Assembly: GCA_964016885.1 (NCBI GenBank)
Contig: OZ024741.1
Span: forward strand, 255,688,001 to 255,752,000
Length of the DNA: 64,000 nucleotides
Source of the DNA: Eledone cirrhosa
Lineage: Eukaryota
Reading direction: 5' to 3'
Shown: in pieces, positions 37,401 through 50,430 of the stretch
Position numbering within the stretch: the stretch's first letter is position 1
Layout: each line of letters opens with the position of its first letter
Position numbers and translations under genes: made by a program
Notes under the pieces: model-generated
What the model was told of the DNA's origin: nothing
The model's input: the letters and a program-made list of their open reading frames with translations, nothing else
The model's database searches: none

Positions 37401-39230
37401 CGGCGTACGAGAGTTTTGACTTACGAGTGTTTCGACTTACGAGTGTTTCGACTTACGAGTGTTTCGACTTACGAGTGTTTCGGATTACGAGTGTTTTGAC
37501 TTCAGGGTGTTTCGATACGAGTGTTTCGACTTACGAGTGTTCTGACTTTCGAGTATTCTGATTTACGGATGTTTCGACACACGAGTGTTTCGAATTACGA
37601 GTGTTTCGACTTACGAGTGTTTTGACTTACGGGTGTTTTGACATACGAGTGTTTCGACACGAGTGTTTCGACTTATGAGTGTTTCGACTTACGAGTGTTC
37701 TGACTTACGAGTGTTCTGACTTACGAGTGTTCTGATTTACGGATGTTTCGACACACGAGTGTTTCGATACGAGTGTTTCGACTTACGAGTGTTTCGACTT
37801 ATGAGTGTTTCGACTTACGAGTGTTCTGACTTACGAGTGTTCTGACTTACGAGTGTTCCGACTTACGAGTGTTTCGGTTTACGAGTGTTTCGACATACGA
37901 GTGTTTTGACTTACGGGTGTTTCGACTTACGGGTGTTTCGACTTACGAGTGTTTTGGCTTACGAGTGTTTCGACTTACTAATGTTTTTACTTACCAGTGT
38001 TTCGGTGTACGAATGTTTTGACTTAAGGATGTTTCGACTTACGAGTGTTTCGGCTTACGTGAGTTTCGACTTAAGAGTGTTCTGATTTACGAGTGTTCTG
38101 ACTTACGAGTGTTTCGGCTTATGAGTGTTTCGACTTACGAGTGTTTCGGCTTACGAGTGTTTCGACTTATGGGTGTTTCGACTTACGAGTGTTTTTACTT
38201 ACGGTGTTTCGGCTTAAGAGTGTTTCGACATACGAGTGTTTTGACTTACGGGTGTTTCGGCTTACGAGTGTTTCGACTTACGAGTGTTTCGGCTTACGAG
38301 TGTTTCGACTTACTAATGTTTTTACTTATGAGTGTTTCGGCGTACGAGAGTTTTGACTTACGAGTGTTTCGACTTACGAGTGTTTTGACTTACGAATGTT
38401 TTGACTTACGGGTGTTTCGGCTTATGAGTGTTTCGACTTACGAGTGTTTCGGCTTACGAGTGTTTCGACTTACTAATGTTTTTACTTACGAGTGTTTCGG
38501 CGTACGAGTGTTTCGACTTACGAGTGTTTCGACTTACGGGTGTTTTGACTTACGGGTGTTTCGGCTTACGAGTGTTTCGACTAACGAGTGTTTTGACTTA
38601 CGGGTGTTTCGACTTACGAGAATTTTTGGCTTACGAGTGTTTCGACTTACGAGTGTTTTGACTTACGAGTGTTCTGATTTACGGATGTTTCGACATACGA
38701 GTGTTTCGACATACGAGTGTTTCGACTTATGAGTGTTTCGACTTACGAGTGTTTCGGCTTACGAGTGTTTCGATTTACGAGTGTTTTGACTTACGGTGTT
38801 TCGGCTTACGAGTGTTTCGACTTACGAGTGTTTTGACTTACGGGTGTTTTGACATACGAGTGTTTCGATACGAGTGTTCTGACTTACGAGTGTTCTGACT
38901 TACGAGTGTTTTGACTTACGAGTGTTCTGACTTACGAGTGTTCCGACTTACGAGTGTTCCGACTTACGAGTGTTTCGGCTTACGAGTGTTTCCGGCTTAC
39001 GAGTGTTTCGACTTCCGAGTGTTTTGACTTACGGGTGATTTGACTTACGGGTGTTGTGAATTACGAGTGTTCCGATTTACGAGTGTTTTGACTTACGGTG
39101 TTTCGGCTTACGCGTGATTCGACTTACGAATGTTTTGACTTACGGGTGTTTCGGCTTGCGAGTGTTTCGACTTACGAGTGTTTCGGCTTATGGGTGTTTC
39201 GACTTACTAATGTTTTTACTTACGTGAGTT
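34450..39230. repeat. Insert-free block with ~3.0-kb and ~0.8-kb internal duplications
   Basis: 34873->37885 (3012), 35145->38141 (2996), 35657->38701 (3044); 35657->36455 (798), 36022->36852 (830). The shared rare variant GACTTCAGGG occurs at ~34490 and ~37500. Boundaries are approximate. Confidence 0.8.
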
Positions 39231-40337
39231 TCGACTTAAGAGTGTTCTGATTTACGAGTGTTCTGACTTGCGGGTGTTCTGATTTACGAGTGTTCCGACT
39301 TACGAGTGCTTCGGCTTATTAGTGTTTCGACTTACGAGTGTTTCGGCTTACGAGTGTTTCGGCTTACGTGAGTTTCGACTTAAGAGTGTTCTGATTTACG
39401 AGTGTTCTGACTTGCGGGTGTTCTGATTTACGAGTGTTCCGACTTACGAGTGCTTCGGCTTATTAGTGTTTCGACTTACGAGTGTTTCGGCTTACGAGTG
39501 TTTCGACTTATGAGTGTTTCGACTTACGAGTGTTTTTACTTACGGTGTTTCGGCTTACGAGTGTTTCGACATACGAGTGTTTTGACTTACGGGTGTTTCG
39601 ACTTACGAGTGTTTTGACTTACGAATGTTTTGACTTACGGGTGTTTCGGCTTACGAGTGTTTCGACTTACGAGTGTTTCGGCTTACGAGTGTTTCGACTT
39701 ACTAATGTTCTTACGAGTGTTTCGGCGTACGAGAGTTTTGACTTACGAGTGTTTCGACTTACGAGTGTTTTGACTTACGGTGTTTCGGCTTACGAGTGTT
39801 TCGACATACGAGTGTTTTGACGTACGGGTGTTTTGACTTACGGGTCTTTCGACTTAAGAGTGTTTCGACTTACGAGCGCTTCGACTTACGAGTGTTTCGA
39901 CTTACGAGTGTTTCGGCGTATGAGTGTTTTGACTTACGAGTGTTTCGACTTACGAGTGTTTCGACTTACGAGTGTTTCGAATTACGAGTGTTTCGACTTA
40001 CGAGTGTTTTGACTTACGAGTGTTTTGACTTACGGTGTTTCTGCTTACGAGTGTTTCGACTTACGAGTGTTATGACTTACGGGTGTTTTGACATACGAGT
40101 GTTTCGACTTACGAGTGTTTTGACTTACGGGTGTTTTGACATACGAGTGTTTCGATAGGAGTGTTCTGACTTACGAGTGTTCTGACTTACGAGTGTTCTG
40201 ACTTACGAGTGTTCTGACTTACGAGTGTTCTGACTTACGAGTGTTCTGACTTACGAGTGTTCTGACTTACGAGTGTTCCGACTTTACGAGTGTTTCGGCT
40301 CACGAGTGTTTCGGCTTACGAGTGTTTCGACTTACGA

Positions 40338-40406
40338 AAATAACAAATAGACGCGGTTTCAAATCTCTATGCTTTTCAAATTCATTACATTAATCTTTAT
40401 TTATAC
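40338..40406. repeat. 69-bp AT-rich element, copy 17
   Basis: Same sequence; internal ATG at 40369. Confidence 0.95.
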
Positions 40407-42153
40407 GTTTCGCTTTACGAGTGTTTCGACTTACGAGTGTTTCGACATACGAGTGTTTCGGCTTACGAGTGTTTTGATTTACGAGTGTTTTGACTTACGG
40501 GTGCTTCGACTTACGCGTGTTTCGACTTACGAGTGTTTCGACTTACGAGTGTTTCGGCTTATGAGTGTTTTGACTTACGAATGTTTTGACTTACGATTGT
40601 TTCGGCTTACGAGTGTTTCGACTTACGAGTGTTCTGACTACGAGTGTTCTGACTTACGGGTGTTCTGACTTACGAGTGTTCTGACTTACGAGTGTTTCGG
40701 CTTATGAGTGTTTCGACTTACGAGTGCTTCGACTTACGAGTGTTTCGGCTTACGGGTGTTTCGACTTACGAGTATTTCGGCTTACGAGTGTTTCGACGTA
40801 CGAATGTTTTGGCTTACGAGTGTTTCGGCTTATGAGTGTTTCGGCTTACGAGTGTTTCGACTTACGAGTGTTTCGGCTTACGAGTGTTTCAGTGTTTCGG
40901 CTTACGTGTGTTTCGACTTACGATTGTTTCGACTTACGACTGTTTCGGCTTACGAGTGTTTCGGCTTGCGAGTGTTTCGGCTTACGAGTGTTTTGACTTA
41001 CGAGTGTTTCGACATACGAGTGTTTTGACTTACGGGTGTTTCGACTTACGAGTGTTTTCACTTACGAATGTTTTGACTTACGGGTGTTTCGGCTTACGAG
41101 TGTTTCGACTTACGAGTGTTTTGACTTACGGGTGTTTCGACTTACGAGTGTTTTCACTTACGAATGTTTCGGCGTACGAGAGTTTTGACTTACGCGTGTT
41201 TCGACTTACGAGTGTTTCGACTTACGAGTATTTTGACTTACGAATGTTTTGACTTACGGGTGTTTCGGCTTACGAGTGTTTCGACTTACGAGTCTTTCGG
41301 CTTACGAGTGTTTCGACTTACTAATGTTTTTACTTACGAGTGTTTCGGCGTACGAGTGTTTCGACTTCCGAGTGTTTCGACTTACGGGTGTTTTGACTTA
41401 CGGGTGTATCGGCTTACGAGTGTTTTGACTTACGAGTGTTTTGACTTAAGGGTGTTTCGACTTACGAGTATTTTTGGCTTACGAGTGTTTCGACTTACGA
41501 GTGTTTTGACTTACGAGTGTTCTGATTTACGGATGTTTCGACATACGAGTGTTTCGACTTACGAGTGTTTCGACTTACGAGTGTTTCGGCTTGTGATTGT
41601 TTCGACTTACGAGTGTTTTGACTTACGGTGTTTCAGCTTACGAGTGTTTCGACTTACGAGTGTTTTGACTTACGGGTGTTTTGACATACGAGTGTTTCGA
41701 TACGAGTGTTCTGACTTACGAGTGTTCTGACTTACGATTGTTTTGACTTACGAGTGTTCTGACTTACGAGTGTTCCGACTTACGAGTGTTCCGACCTACG
41801 AGTGTTTCGGCTTACGAGTGTTTTGACTTAAGGGTGTTTCGACTTACGAGTGTTCCGACTTACGAGTGTTTCGGCTTACGAGTGTTTCGACTTACGAGTG
41901 TTTCGACTTACGAGTGTTCCGACTTACGGGTGTTTCGACTTACGAGTGTTTTGGCTTACGGTCTTTCGACTTACGAGTGTTTCGAGTTAAGAGTGTTTTG
42001 ACTTACGAGTGTTCTGATTTACGAGTGTTCTGACTTACGAGTGTTCTGACTTACGAGTGTTCTGACTTACGAGTGTTCTGACTTACGAGTGTTCCGACTT
42101 TACGAGTGTTTCGGCTCACGAGTGTTTCGGCTTACGAGTGTTTCGACTTACGA

Positions 42154-42222
42154 AAATAACAAATAGACGCGGTTTCAAATCTCTATGCTTTTCAAATTCA
42201 TTACATTAATCTTTATTTATAC
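42154..42222. repeat. 69-bp AT-rich element, copy 18
   Basis: Same sequence; internal ATG at 42185. Confidence 0.95.
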
Positions 42223-45200
42223 GTTTCGCTTTACGAGTGTTTCGACTTACGAGTGTTTCGACATACGAGTGTTTCGACTTACGAATGTTTTTGCTTACGG
42301 GTGTTTCGACTTACGAATGTTTTTGCTTACGAGTGTTTCGGTTTACGAGTGTTCCGACTTACGAGTGTTCCGACTTACGAGTGTTTCGGCTTACGAGTGT
42401 TTCCGGCTTACGAGTGTTTCAACTTACGAGTGTTCTGACTTACGAGTGTTCTGATTTACGGATGTTTCGACACACGAGTGTTTCGAATTACGAGTGTTTC
42501 GACTTACGAGTGTTTTGACTTACGGGTGTTTTGACATACGAGTGTTTCGATACGAGTGTTTCGACTTACGAGTGTTCTGACTTACGAGTGTTCTGATTTA
42601 CGGATGTTTCGACATACGAGTGTTTCGACTTACGAGTGTTTCGACTTATGAGTGTTTCGACTTACGAGTGTTTCGGATTACGAGTGTTTCGACTTACGAG
42701 TGTTTTGACTTACGGTATTTCGGCTTACGAGTGTTTCGACTTACGAGTGTTTTGACTTACGGGTGTTTTGACATACGAGTGTTTCGATACGAGTGTTCTG
42801 ACTTACGAGTGTTCTGACTTACGAGTGTTCTGATTTACGGATGTTTCGACATACGAGTGTTTCGACTTACGAGTGTTTCGACTTATGAGTGTTTCGACTT
42901 ACGAGTGTTTCGGCTTACGAGTGTTTCGACTTACGAGTGTTTTGACTTACGGTGTTTCGGCTTACGAGTGTTTCGACTTACGAGCGTTTTGACTTACGGG
43001 TGTTTTGACATACGAGTGTTTCGATACGAGTGTTCTGACTTACGAGTGTTCTGACTTACGAGTGTTTTGACTTACGAGTGTTCTGACTTACGGGTGTTTC
43101 GACTTACGAGTATTTTTGGCTTACCAGTGTTTCGACTTACGAGTGTTTTGACTTACGAGTGTTCTGATTTACGGATGTTTCGACACACGAGTGTTTCGAC
43201 TTACGAATGTTTCGACTTATGAGTGTTTCGACTTACGAGTGTTTCGGCTTACGAGTGTTTCGACTTACGAGTGTTTTGACTTACGGTGTTTCGGCTTACG
43301 AGTGTTTCGACTTACGAGTGTTTTGACTTACGGGTGTTTTGACATACGAGTGTTTCGATACGAGTGTTCTGACTTACGAGTGTTCTGACTTACGAGTGTT
43401 TTGACTTACGAGTGTTCTGACTTACGAGTGTTCCGACTTACGAGTGTTCCGACTTACGAGTGTTTCGGCTTACGAGTGTTTCCGGCTTACGAGTGTTTCG
43501 ACTTCCGAGTGTTTTGACTTACGGTGTTTCGGCTTACGAGTGATTCGACTTACGAGTGTTTTGACTTACGGGTGATTTGACTTACGGGTGTTGTGAATTT
43601 CGAGTGTTCCGATTTACGAGTGTTTTGACTTACGGTGTTTCGGCTTACGAGTGATTCGACTTACGAATGTTTTGACTTACGGGTGTTTCGGCTTGCGAGT
43701 GTTTCGACTTACGAGTGTTTCGGCTTATGGGTGTTTCGACTTACTAATGTTTTTACTTACGAGTGTTTCGGCGTACGAGTGTTTCGACTTACGAGTGTTT
43801 CGACTTACGAGTGTTTCGACTTACGAGTGTTTCGGCTTACGTGAGTTTCGACTTAAGAGTGTTCTGATTTACGAGTGTTCTGACTTGCGGGTGTTCTGAT
43901 TTACGAGTGTTCCGACTTACGAGTGTTTCGGCTTATTAGTGTTTCGACTTACGAGTGTTTCGGCTTACGAGTGTTTCGACTTATGGGTGTTTCGACTTAC
44001 GAGTGTTTTTACTTACGGTGTTTCGGCTTACGAGTGTTTCGACATACGAGTGTTTTGACTTACGGGTGTTTCGACTTACGAGTGTTTTGACTTACGAATG
44101 TTTTGACTTACGGGTGTTTCGGATTACGAGTGTTTCGACTTACGAGTGTTTCGGCTTACGAGTGTTTCGACTTACTAATGTTCTTACGAGTGTTTCGGCG
44201 TACGAGAGTTTTGACTTACGAGTGTTTCGACTTACGAGTGTTTCGACTTACGAGTGTTTTGACTTACGAATGTTTTGACTTACGGGTGTTTCGGCTGACG
44301 AGTGTTTCGACTTACGAGTCTTTCGGCTTACGAGTGTTTCGACTTACTAATGTTTTTACTTACGAGTGTTTCGGCGTACGAGTGTTTCGACTTACGAGTG
44401 TTTCGACTTACGGGTGTTTTGACTTACGGGTGTTTCGGCTTACGAGTGTTTTGACTTACGAGTGTTTTGACTTAAGGGTGTTTCGACTTACGAGTATTTT
44501 TGGCTTACGAGTGTTTCGACTTACGAGTGTTTTGACTTACGAGTGTTCTGATTTACGGATGTTTCGACATACGAGTGTTTCGACTTACGAGTGTTTCGAC
44601 TTATGAGTGTTTCGACTTACGAGTGTTTCGGCTTATGAGTGTTTCGACTTACGAGTGCTTCGGCTTACGAGTGTTTCGACTTACGAGTATTTCGGCTTAC
44701 GAGTGTTTCGACGTACGAATGTTTTGGCTTACGAGTGTTTCGGCTTATGAGTGTTTCGGCTTACGAGTGTTTCGACTTACGAGTGTTTCGGCTTACGAGT
44801 GTTTCAGTGTTTCGGCTTACGTGTGTTTCGACTTACGAGTGTTTCGACTTACGAGTGTTTTGACTTACGAGTGTTCTGATTTACGGATGTTTCGACATAC
44901 GAGTGTTTCGACTTACGAGTGTTTCGACTTATGAGTGTTTCGACTTACGAGTGTTTCGACTTACGAGTGTTTCGGCTTGTGATTGTTTCGACTTACGAGT
45001 GTTTTGACTTACGGTGTTTCAGCTTACGAGTGTTTTGGCTTACGGTGTTTCGGCTTACGAGTGTTTCGAGTTACGAGTGTTTTGACTTACACGTGTTTTG
45101 ACATACGAGTGTTTCGATACGAGTGTTCTGACTTACGAGTGTTCTGACTTACGAGTGTTCTGACTTACGAGTGTTTCGACTTTACGAGTGTTTCGGCTCA

Positions 45201-45235
45201 CGAGTGTTTCGGCTTACGAGTGTTTCGACTTACGA

Positions 45236-45304
45236 AAATAACAAATAGACGCGGTTTCAAATCTCTATGCTTTTCAAATTCATTACATTAATCTTTATTT
45301 ATAC
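45236..45304. repeat. 69-bp AT-rich element, copy 19
   Basis: Same sequence; internal ATG at 45267. Confidence 0.95.
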
Positions 45305-47175
45305 GTTTCGCTTTACGAGTGTTTCGACTTACGAGTGTTTCGACATACGAGTGTTTCGGCTTACGAGTGTTTTGATTTACGAGTGTTTTGACTTACGGGT
45401 GCTTCGACTTACGCGTGTTTCGACTTACGAGTGTTTCGACTTACGAGTGTTTCGACTTACGAGTGTTTCGGCTTACGAGTGTTTTGACTTACGAATGTTT
45501 TGACTTACGATTGTTTCGGCTTACGAGTGTTTCGACTTACGAGTGTTCTGACTACGAGTGTTCTGACTTACGGGTGTTCTGACTTACGAGTGTTCCGACT
45601 TACGAGTGTTTCGGCTTATGAGTGTTTCGACTTACGAGTGCTTCGACTTACGAGTGTTTCGGCTTACGGGTGTTTCGACTTACGAATGTTTTTGCTTACG
45701 AGTGTTTCGGCTTACGAGTGTTTCGGTTTATGAGTGTTTCGACTTACGAGTGTTTTGACTTACGGGTGTTTTGACATACGAGTGTTTCGATACGATTGTT
45801 CTGACTTACGAGTGTTTCCGCTTACGAGTGTTTCGGCTTACGAGTGTTTCGACTTACTAATGTTTTTACTTACGAGTGTTTCGGTGTACGAGTGTTTCGA
45901 CTTAAGGATGTTTCGACTTACGAGTGTTTCGACTTACGAGTGTTTCGACTTACGAGTGTTTCGACTTACGAGTGTTTTGGCTTACGAATGTTTTGACTTA
46001 CTGGTGTTTCGACTTACGAGTGTTTCGGCTTATGAGTGTTTCGACTTACGGGCGTTTCGACTTACGGGTGTTTCGACTTACGAGTGTTTTGGCTTACGAA
46101 TGTTTTGACTTACGGGTGTTTCGACTTACGAGTGTTTCGACTTATGAGTGTTTGGACTTACGAGTGTTTCGGCTTATGAGTGTTTCGACTTACGAGTGCT
46201 TCGGCTTACGAGTGTTTCGACTGACGAGTATTTCGGCTTACGAGTGTTTCGACGTACGAATGTTTTGGCTTACGAGTGTTTCGGCTTATGAGTGTTTAGG
46301 CTTACGAGTGTTTCGACTTACGAGGGTTTCGGCTTACGAGTGTTTCAGTGTTTCGGCTTACGTGTGTTTCGACTTACGAGTGTTTCGACTTACGACTGTT
46401 TCGGCTTACGAGTGTTTCGGCTTACGAGTGTTTCGGCTTACGAGTGTTTTGAATTACGATTGTTTGGCTTACGAGTGTTCTGACTTACGGGTTTTCTGAC
46501 TTACGAGGGTTCCGACTTACGAGCGTTTCGGCTTATGAGTGTTTCGACTTACGAGTGTTTCGGCTTACGAGTGTTTCGACTTACGAGTGTTTCGGCTTAC
46601 GAGTGTTTCGACTTACGAGTGTTTTGACTTACGGTGTTTCGGCTTACGAGTGTTTCGACATACGAGTGTTTTGACGTACGGGTGTTTCGACTTACGGGTC
46701 TTTCGACTTAAGAGTGTTTCGACTTACGAGCGCTTCGACTTACGAGTGTTTCGACTTACGAGTGTTTCGGCGTATGAGTGTTTTGACTTACGAGTGTTTC
46801 GACTTACGAGTGTTTCGACTTACGAGTGTTTCGAATTACGAGTGTTTCGACTTACGAGTGTTTTGACTTACGAGTGTTTTGACTTACGGTGTTTCTGCTT
46901 ACGAGTGTTTCGACTTACGAGTGTTATGACTTACGGGTGTTTTGACATACGAGTGTTTCGACTTACGAGTGTTTTGACTTACGGGTGTTTTGACATACGA
47001 GTGTTTCGATAGGAGTGTTCTGACTTACGAGTGTTCTGACTTACGAGTGTTCTGACTTACGAGTGTTCTGACTTACGAGTGTTCTGACTTACGAGTGTTC
47101 TGACTTACGAGTGTTCCGACTTTACGAGTGTTTCGGCTCACGAGTGTTTCGGCTTACGAGTGTTTCGACTTACGA

Positions 47176-47244
47176 AAATAACAAATAGACGCGGTTTCAA
47201 ATCTCTATGCTTTTCAAATTCATTACATTAATCTTTATTTATAC
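47176..47244. repeat. 69-bp AT-rich element, copy 20
   Basis: Same sequence; internal ATG at 47207. Confidence 0.95.
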
Positions 47245-48517
47245 GTTTCGCTTTACGAGTGTTTCGTCTTACGAGTGTTTCGACATACGAGTGTTTCGGC
47301 TTACGAGTGTTTTGATTTACGAGTGTTTTGACTTACGGGTGCTTCGACTTACGCGTGTTTCGACTTACGAGTGTTTCGACTTACGAGTGTTTCGGCTTAT
47401 GAGTGTTTTGACTTACGAATGTTTTGACTTACGATTGTTTCGGCTTACGAGTGTTTCGACTTACGAGTGTTCTGACTACGAGTGTTCTGATTTACGGGTG
47501 TTCTGACTTACGAGTGTTCTGACTTACGAGTGTTTCGGCTTATGAGTGTTTCGACTTACGAGTGCTTCGACTTACGAGTGTTTCGGCTTACGGGTGTTTC
47601 GACTTACGAATGTTTTTGCTTACGAGTGTTTCGGCTTACGAGTGTTTCGGCTTATGAGTGTTTCGACTTACGAGTGTTTTGACTTACGGGTGTTTTGACA
47701 TACGAGTGTTTCGATACGATTGTTCTGACTTACGAGTGTTTCCGCTTACGAGTGTTTCGGCTTACGAGTGTTTCGACTTACTAATGTTTTTACTTACGAG
47801 TGTTTCGGTGTACGAGTGTTTCGACTTACGAGTGTTTCGACTTACGAGTGTTTCGACTTACGAGTGTTTCGACTTACGAGTGTTTTGGCTTACGAATGTT
47901 TTGACTTACGGGTGTTTCGACTTACGAGTGTTTCGACTTACGAGTGTTTCGACTTACGAGTGTTTTGGCTTACGAATGTTTTGACTTACGGGTGTTTCGG
48001 CTTACGAGTGTTTCGACATACGAGTGTTTTGACGTACGGGTGTTTCGACTTACGGGTCTTTCGACTTAAGAGTGTTTCGACTTACGAGCGCTTCGACTTA
48101 CGAGTGTTTCGACTTACGAGTGTTTCGGCGTATGAGTGTTTTGACTTACGAGTGTTTCGACTTACGAGTGTTTCGACTTACGAGTGTTTCGAATTACGAG
48201 TGTTTCGACTTACGAGTGTTTTGACTTACGAGTGTTTTGACTTACGGTGTTTCTGCTTACGAGTGTTTCGACTTACGAGTGTTATGACTTACGGGTGTTT
48301 TGACATACGAGTGTTTCGACTTACGAGTGTTTTGACTTACGGGTGTTTTGACATACGAGTGTTTCGATAGGAGTGTTCTGACTTACGAGTGTTCTGACTT
48401 ACGAGTGTTCTGACTTACGAGTGTTCTGACTTACGAGTGTTCTGACTTACGAGTGTTCCGACTTTACGAGTGTTTCGGCTCACGAGTGTTTCGGCTTACG
48501 AGTGTTTCGACTTACGA

Positions 48518-48586
48518 AAATAACAAATAGACGCGGTTTCAAATCTCTATGCTTTTCAAATTCATTACATTAATCTTTATTTATAC
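48518..48586. repeat. 69-bp AT-rich element, copy 21
   Basis: Same sequence; internal ATG at 48549. Confidence 0.95.
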
Positions 48587-50361
48587 GTTTCGCTTTACGA
48601 GTGTTTCGTCTTACGAGTGTTTCGACATACGAGTGTTTCGGCTTACGAGTGTTTTGATTTACGAGTGTTTTGACTTACGGGTGCTTCGACTTACGCGTGT
48701 TTCGACTTACGAGTGTTTCGACTTACGAGTGTTTCGGCTTATGAGTGTTTTGACTTACGAATGTTTTGACTTACGATTGTTTCGGCTTACGAGTGTTTCG
48801 ACTTACGAGTGTTCTGACTACGAGTGTTCTGATTTACGGGTGTTCTGACTTACGAGTGTTCTGACTTACGAGTGTTTCGGCTTATGAGTGTTTCGACTTA
48901 CGAGTGCTTCGACTTACGAGTGTTTCGGCTTACGGGTGTTTCGACTTACGAATGTTTTTGCTTACGAGTGTTTCGGCTTACGAGTGTTTCGGCTTATGAG
49001 TGTTTGGACTTACGAGTGTTTTGACTTACGGGTGTTTTGACATACGAGTGTTTCGATACGATTGTTCTGACTTACGAGTGTTTCCGCTTACGAGTGTTTC
49101 GGCTTACGAGTGTTTCGACTTACTAATGTTTTTACTTACGAGTGTTTCGGTGTACGAGTGTTTCGACTTACGAGTGTTTCGACTTACGAGTGTTTCGACT
49201 TACGAGTGTTTCGACTTATGAGTGTTTCGACTTACGGGCGTTTCGACTTACGGGTGTTTCGACTTACGAGTGTTTTGGCTTACGAATGTTTTGACTTACG
49301 GGTGTTTCGACTTACGAGTGTTTCGACTTATGAGTGTTTCGACTTACGAGTGTTTCGGCTTATGAGTGTTTCGACTTACGAGTGCTTCGGCTTACGAGTG
49401 TTTCGACTTACGAGTATTTCGGCTTACGAGTGTTTCGACGTACGAATGTTTTGGCTTACGAGTGTTTCGGCTTATGAGTGTTTCGGCTTACGAGTGTTTC
49501 GACTTACGAGTGTTTCGGCTTACGAGTGTTTCAGTGTTTCGGCTTACGTGTGTTTCGACTTACGAGTGTTTCGACTTACGACTGTTTCGGCTTACGAGTG
49601 TTTCGGCTTACGAGTGTTTCGGCTTACGAGTGTTTTGACTTACGATTGTTTGGCTTACGAGTGTTCTGACTTACGGGTTTTCTGACTTACGAGGGTTCCG
49701 ACTTACGAGCGTTTCGGCTTATGAGTGTTTCGACTTACGAGTGTTTCGGCTTACGAGTGTTTCGACTTACGAGTGTTTCGGCTTACGAGTGTTTCGACTT
49801 ACGAGTGTTTTGACTTACGGTGTTTCGGCTTACGAGTGTTTCGACATACGAGTGTTTTGACGTACGGGTGTTTCGACTTACGGGTCTTTCGACTTAAGAG
49901 TGTTTCGACTTACGAGCGCTTCGACTTACGAGTGTTTCGACTTACGAGTGTTTCGGCGTATGAGTGTTTTGACTTACGAGTGTTTCGACTTACGAGTGTT
50001 TCGACTTACGAGTGTTTCGAATTACGAGTGTTTCGACTTACGAGTGTTTTGACTTACGAGTGTTTTGACTTACGGTGTTTCTGCTTACGAGTGTTTCGAC
50101 TTACGAGTGTTATGACTTACGGGTGTTTTGACATACGAGTGTTTCGACTTACGAGTGTTTTGACTTACGGGTGTTTTGACATACGAGTGTTTCGATAGGA
50201 GTGTTCTGACTTACGAGTGTTCTGACTTACGAGTGTTCTGACTTACGAGTGTTCTGACTTACGAGTGTTCTGACTTACGAGTGTTCTGACTTACGAGTGT
50301 TCCGACTTTACGAGTGTTTCGGCTCACGAGTGTTTCGGCTTACGAGTGTTTCGACTTACGA

Positions 50362-50430
50362 AAATAACAAATAGACGCGGTTTCAAATCTCTATGCTTTT
50401 CAAATTCATTACATTAATCTTTATTTATAC
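50362..50430. repeat. 69-bp AT-rich element, copy 22
   Basis: Same sequence; internal ATG at 50393. Confidence 0.95.

Larger units (their letters stand above)
5655..39650. repeat. ~21.2-kb higher-order repeat, unit 1 (expanded to ~34.0 kb by the internal 12,865-bp duplication)
   Basis: Offset 34,060 to unit 2 for 6309->40369, 8125->42185 and 18914->52974. Offset 21,195-21,196 for 20990->42185, 33692->54888 and 39482->60678. 34,060 - 12,865 = 21,195. Confidence 0.88.
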
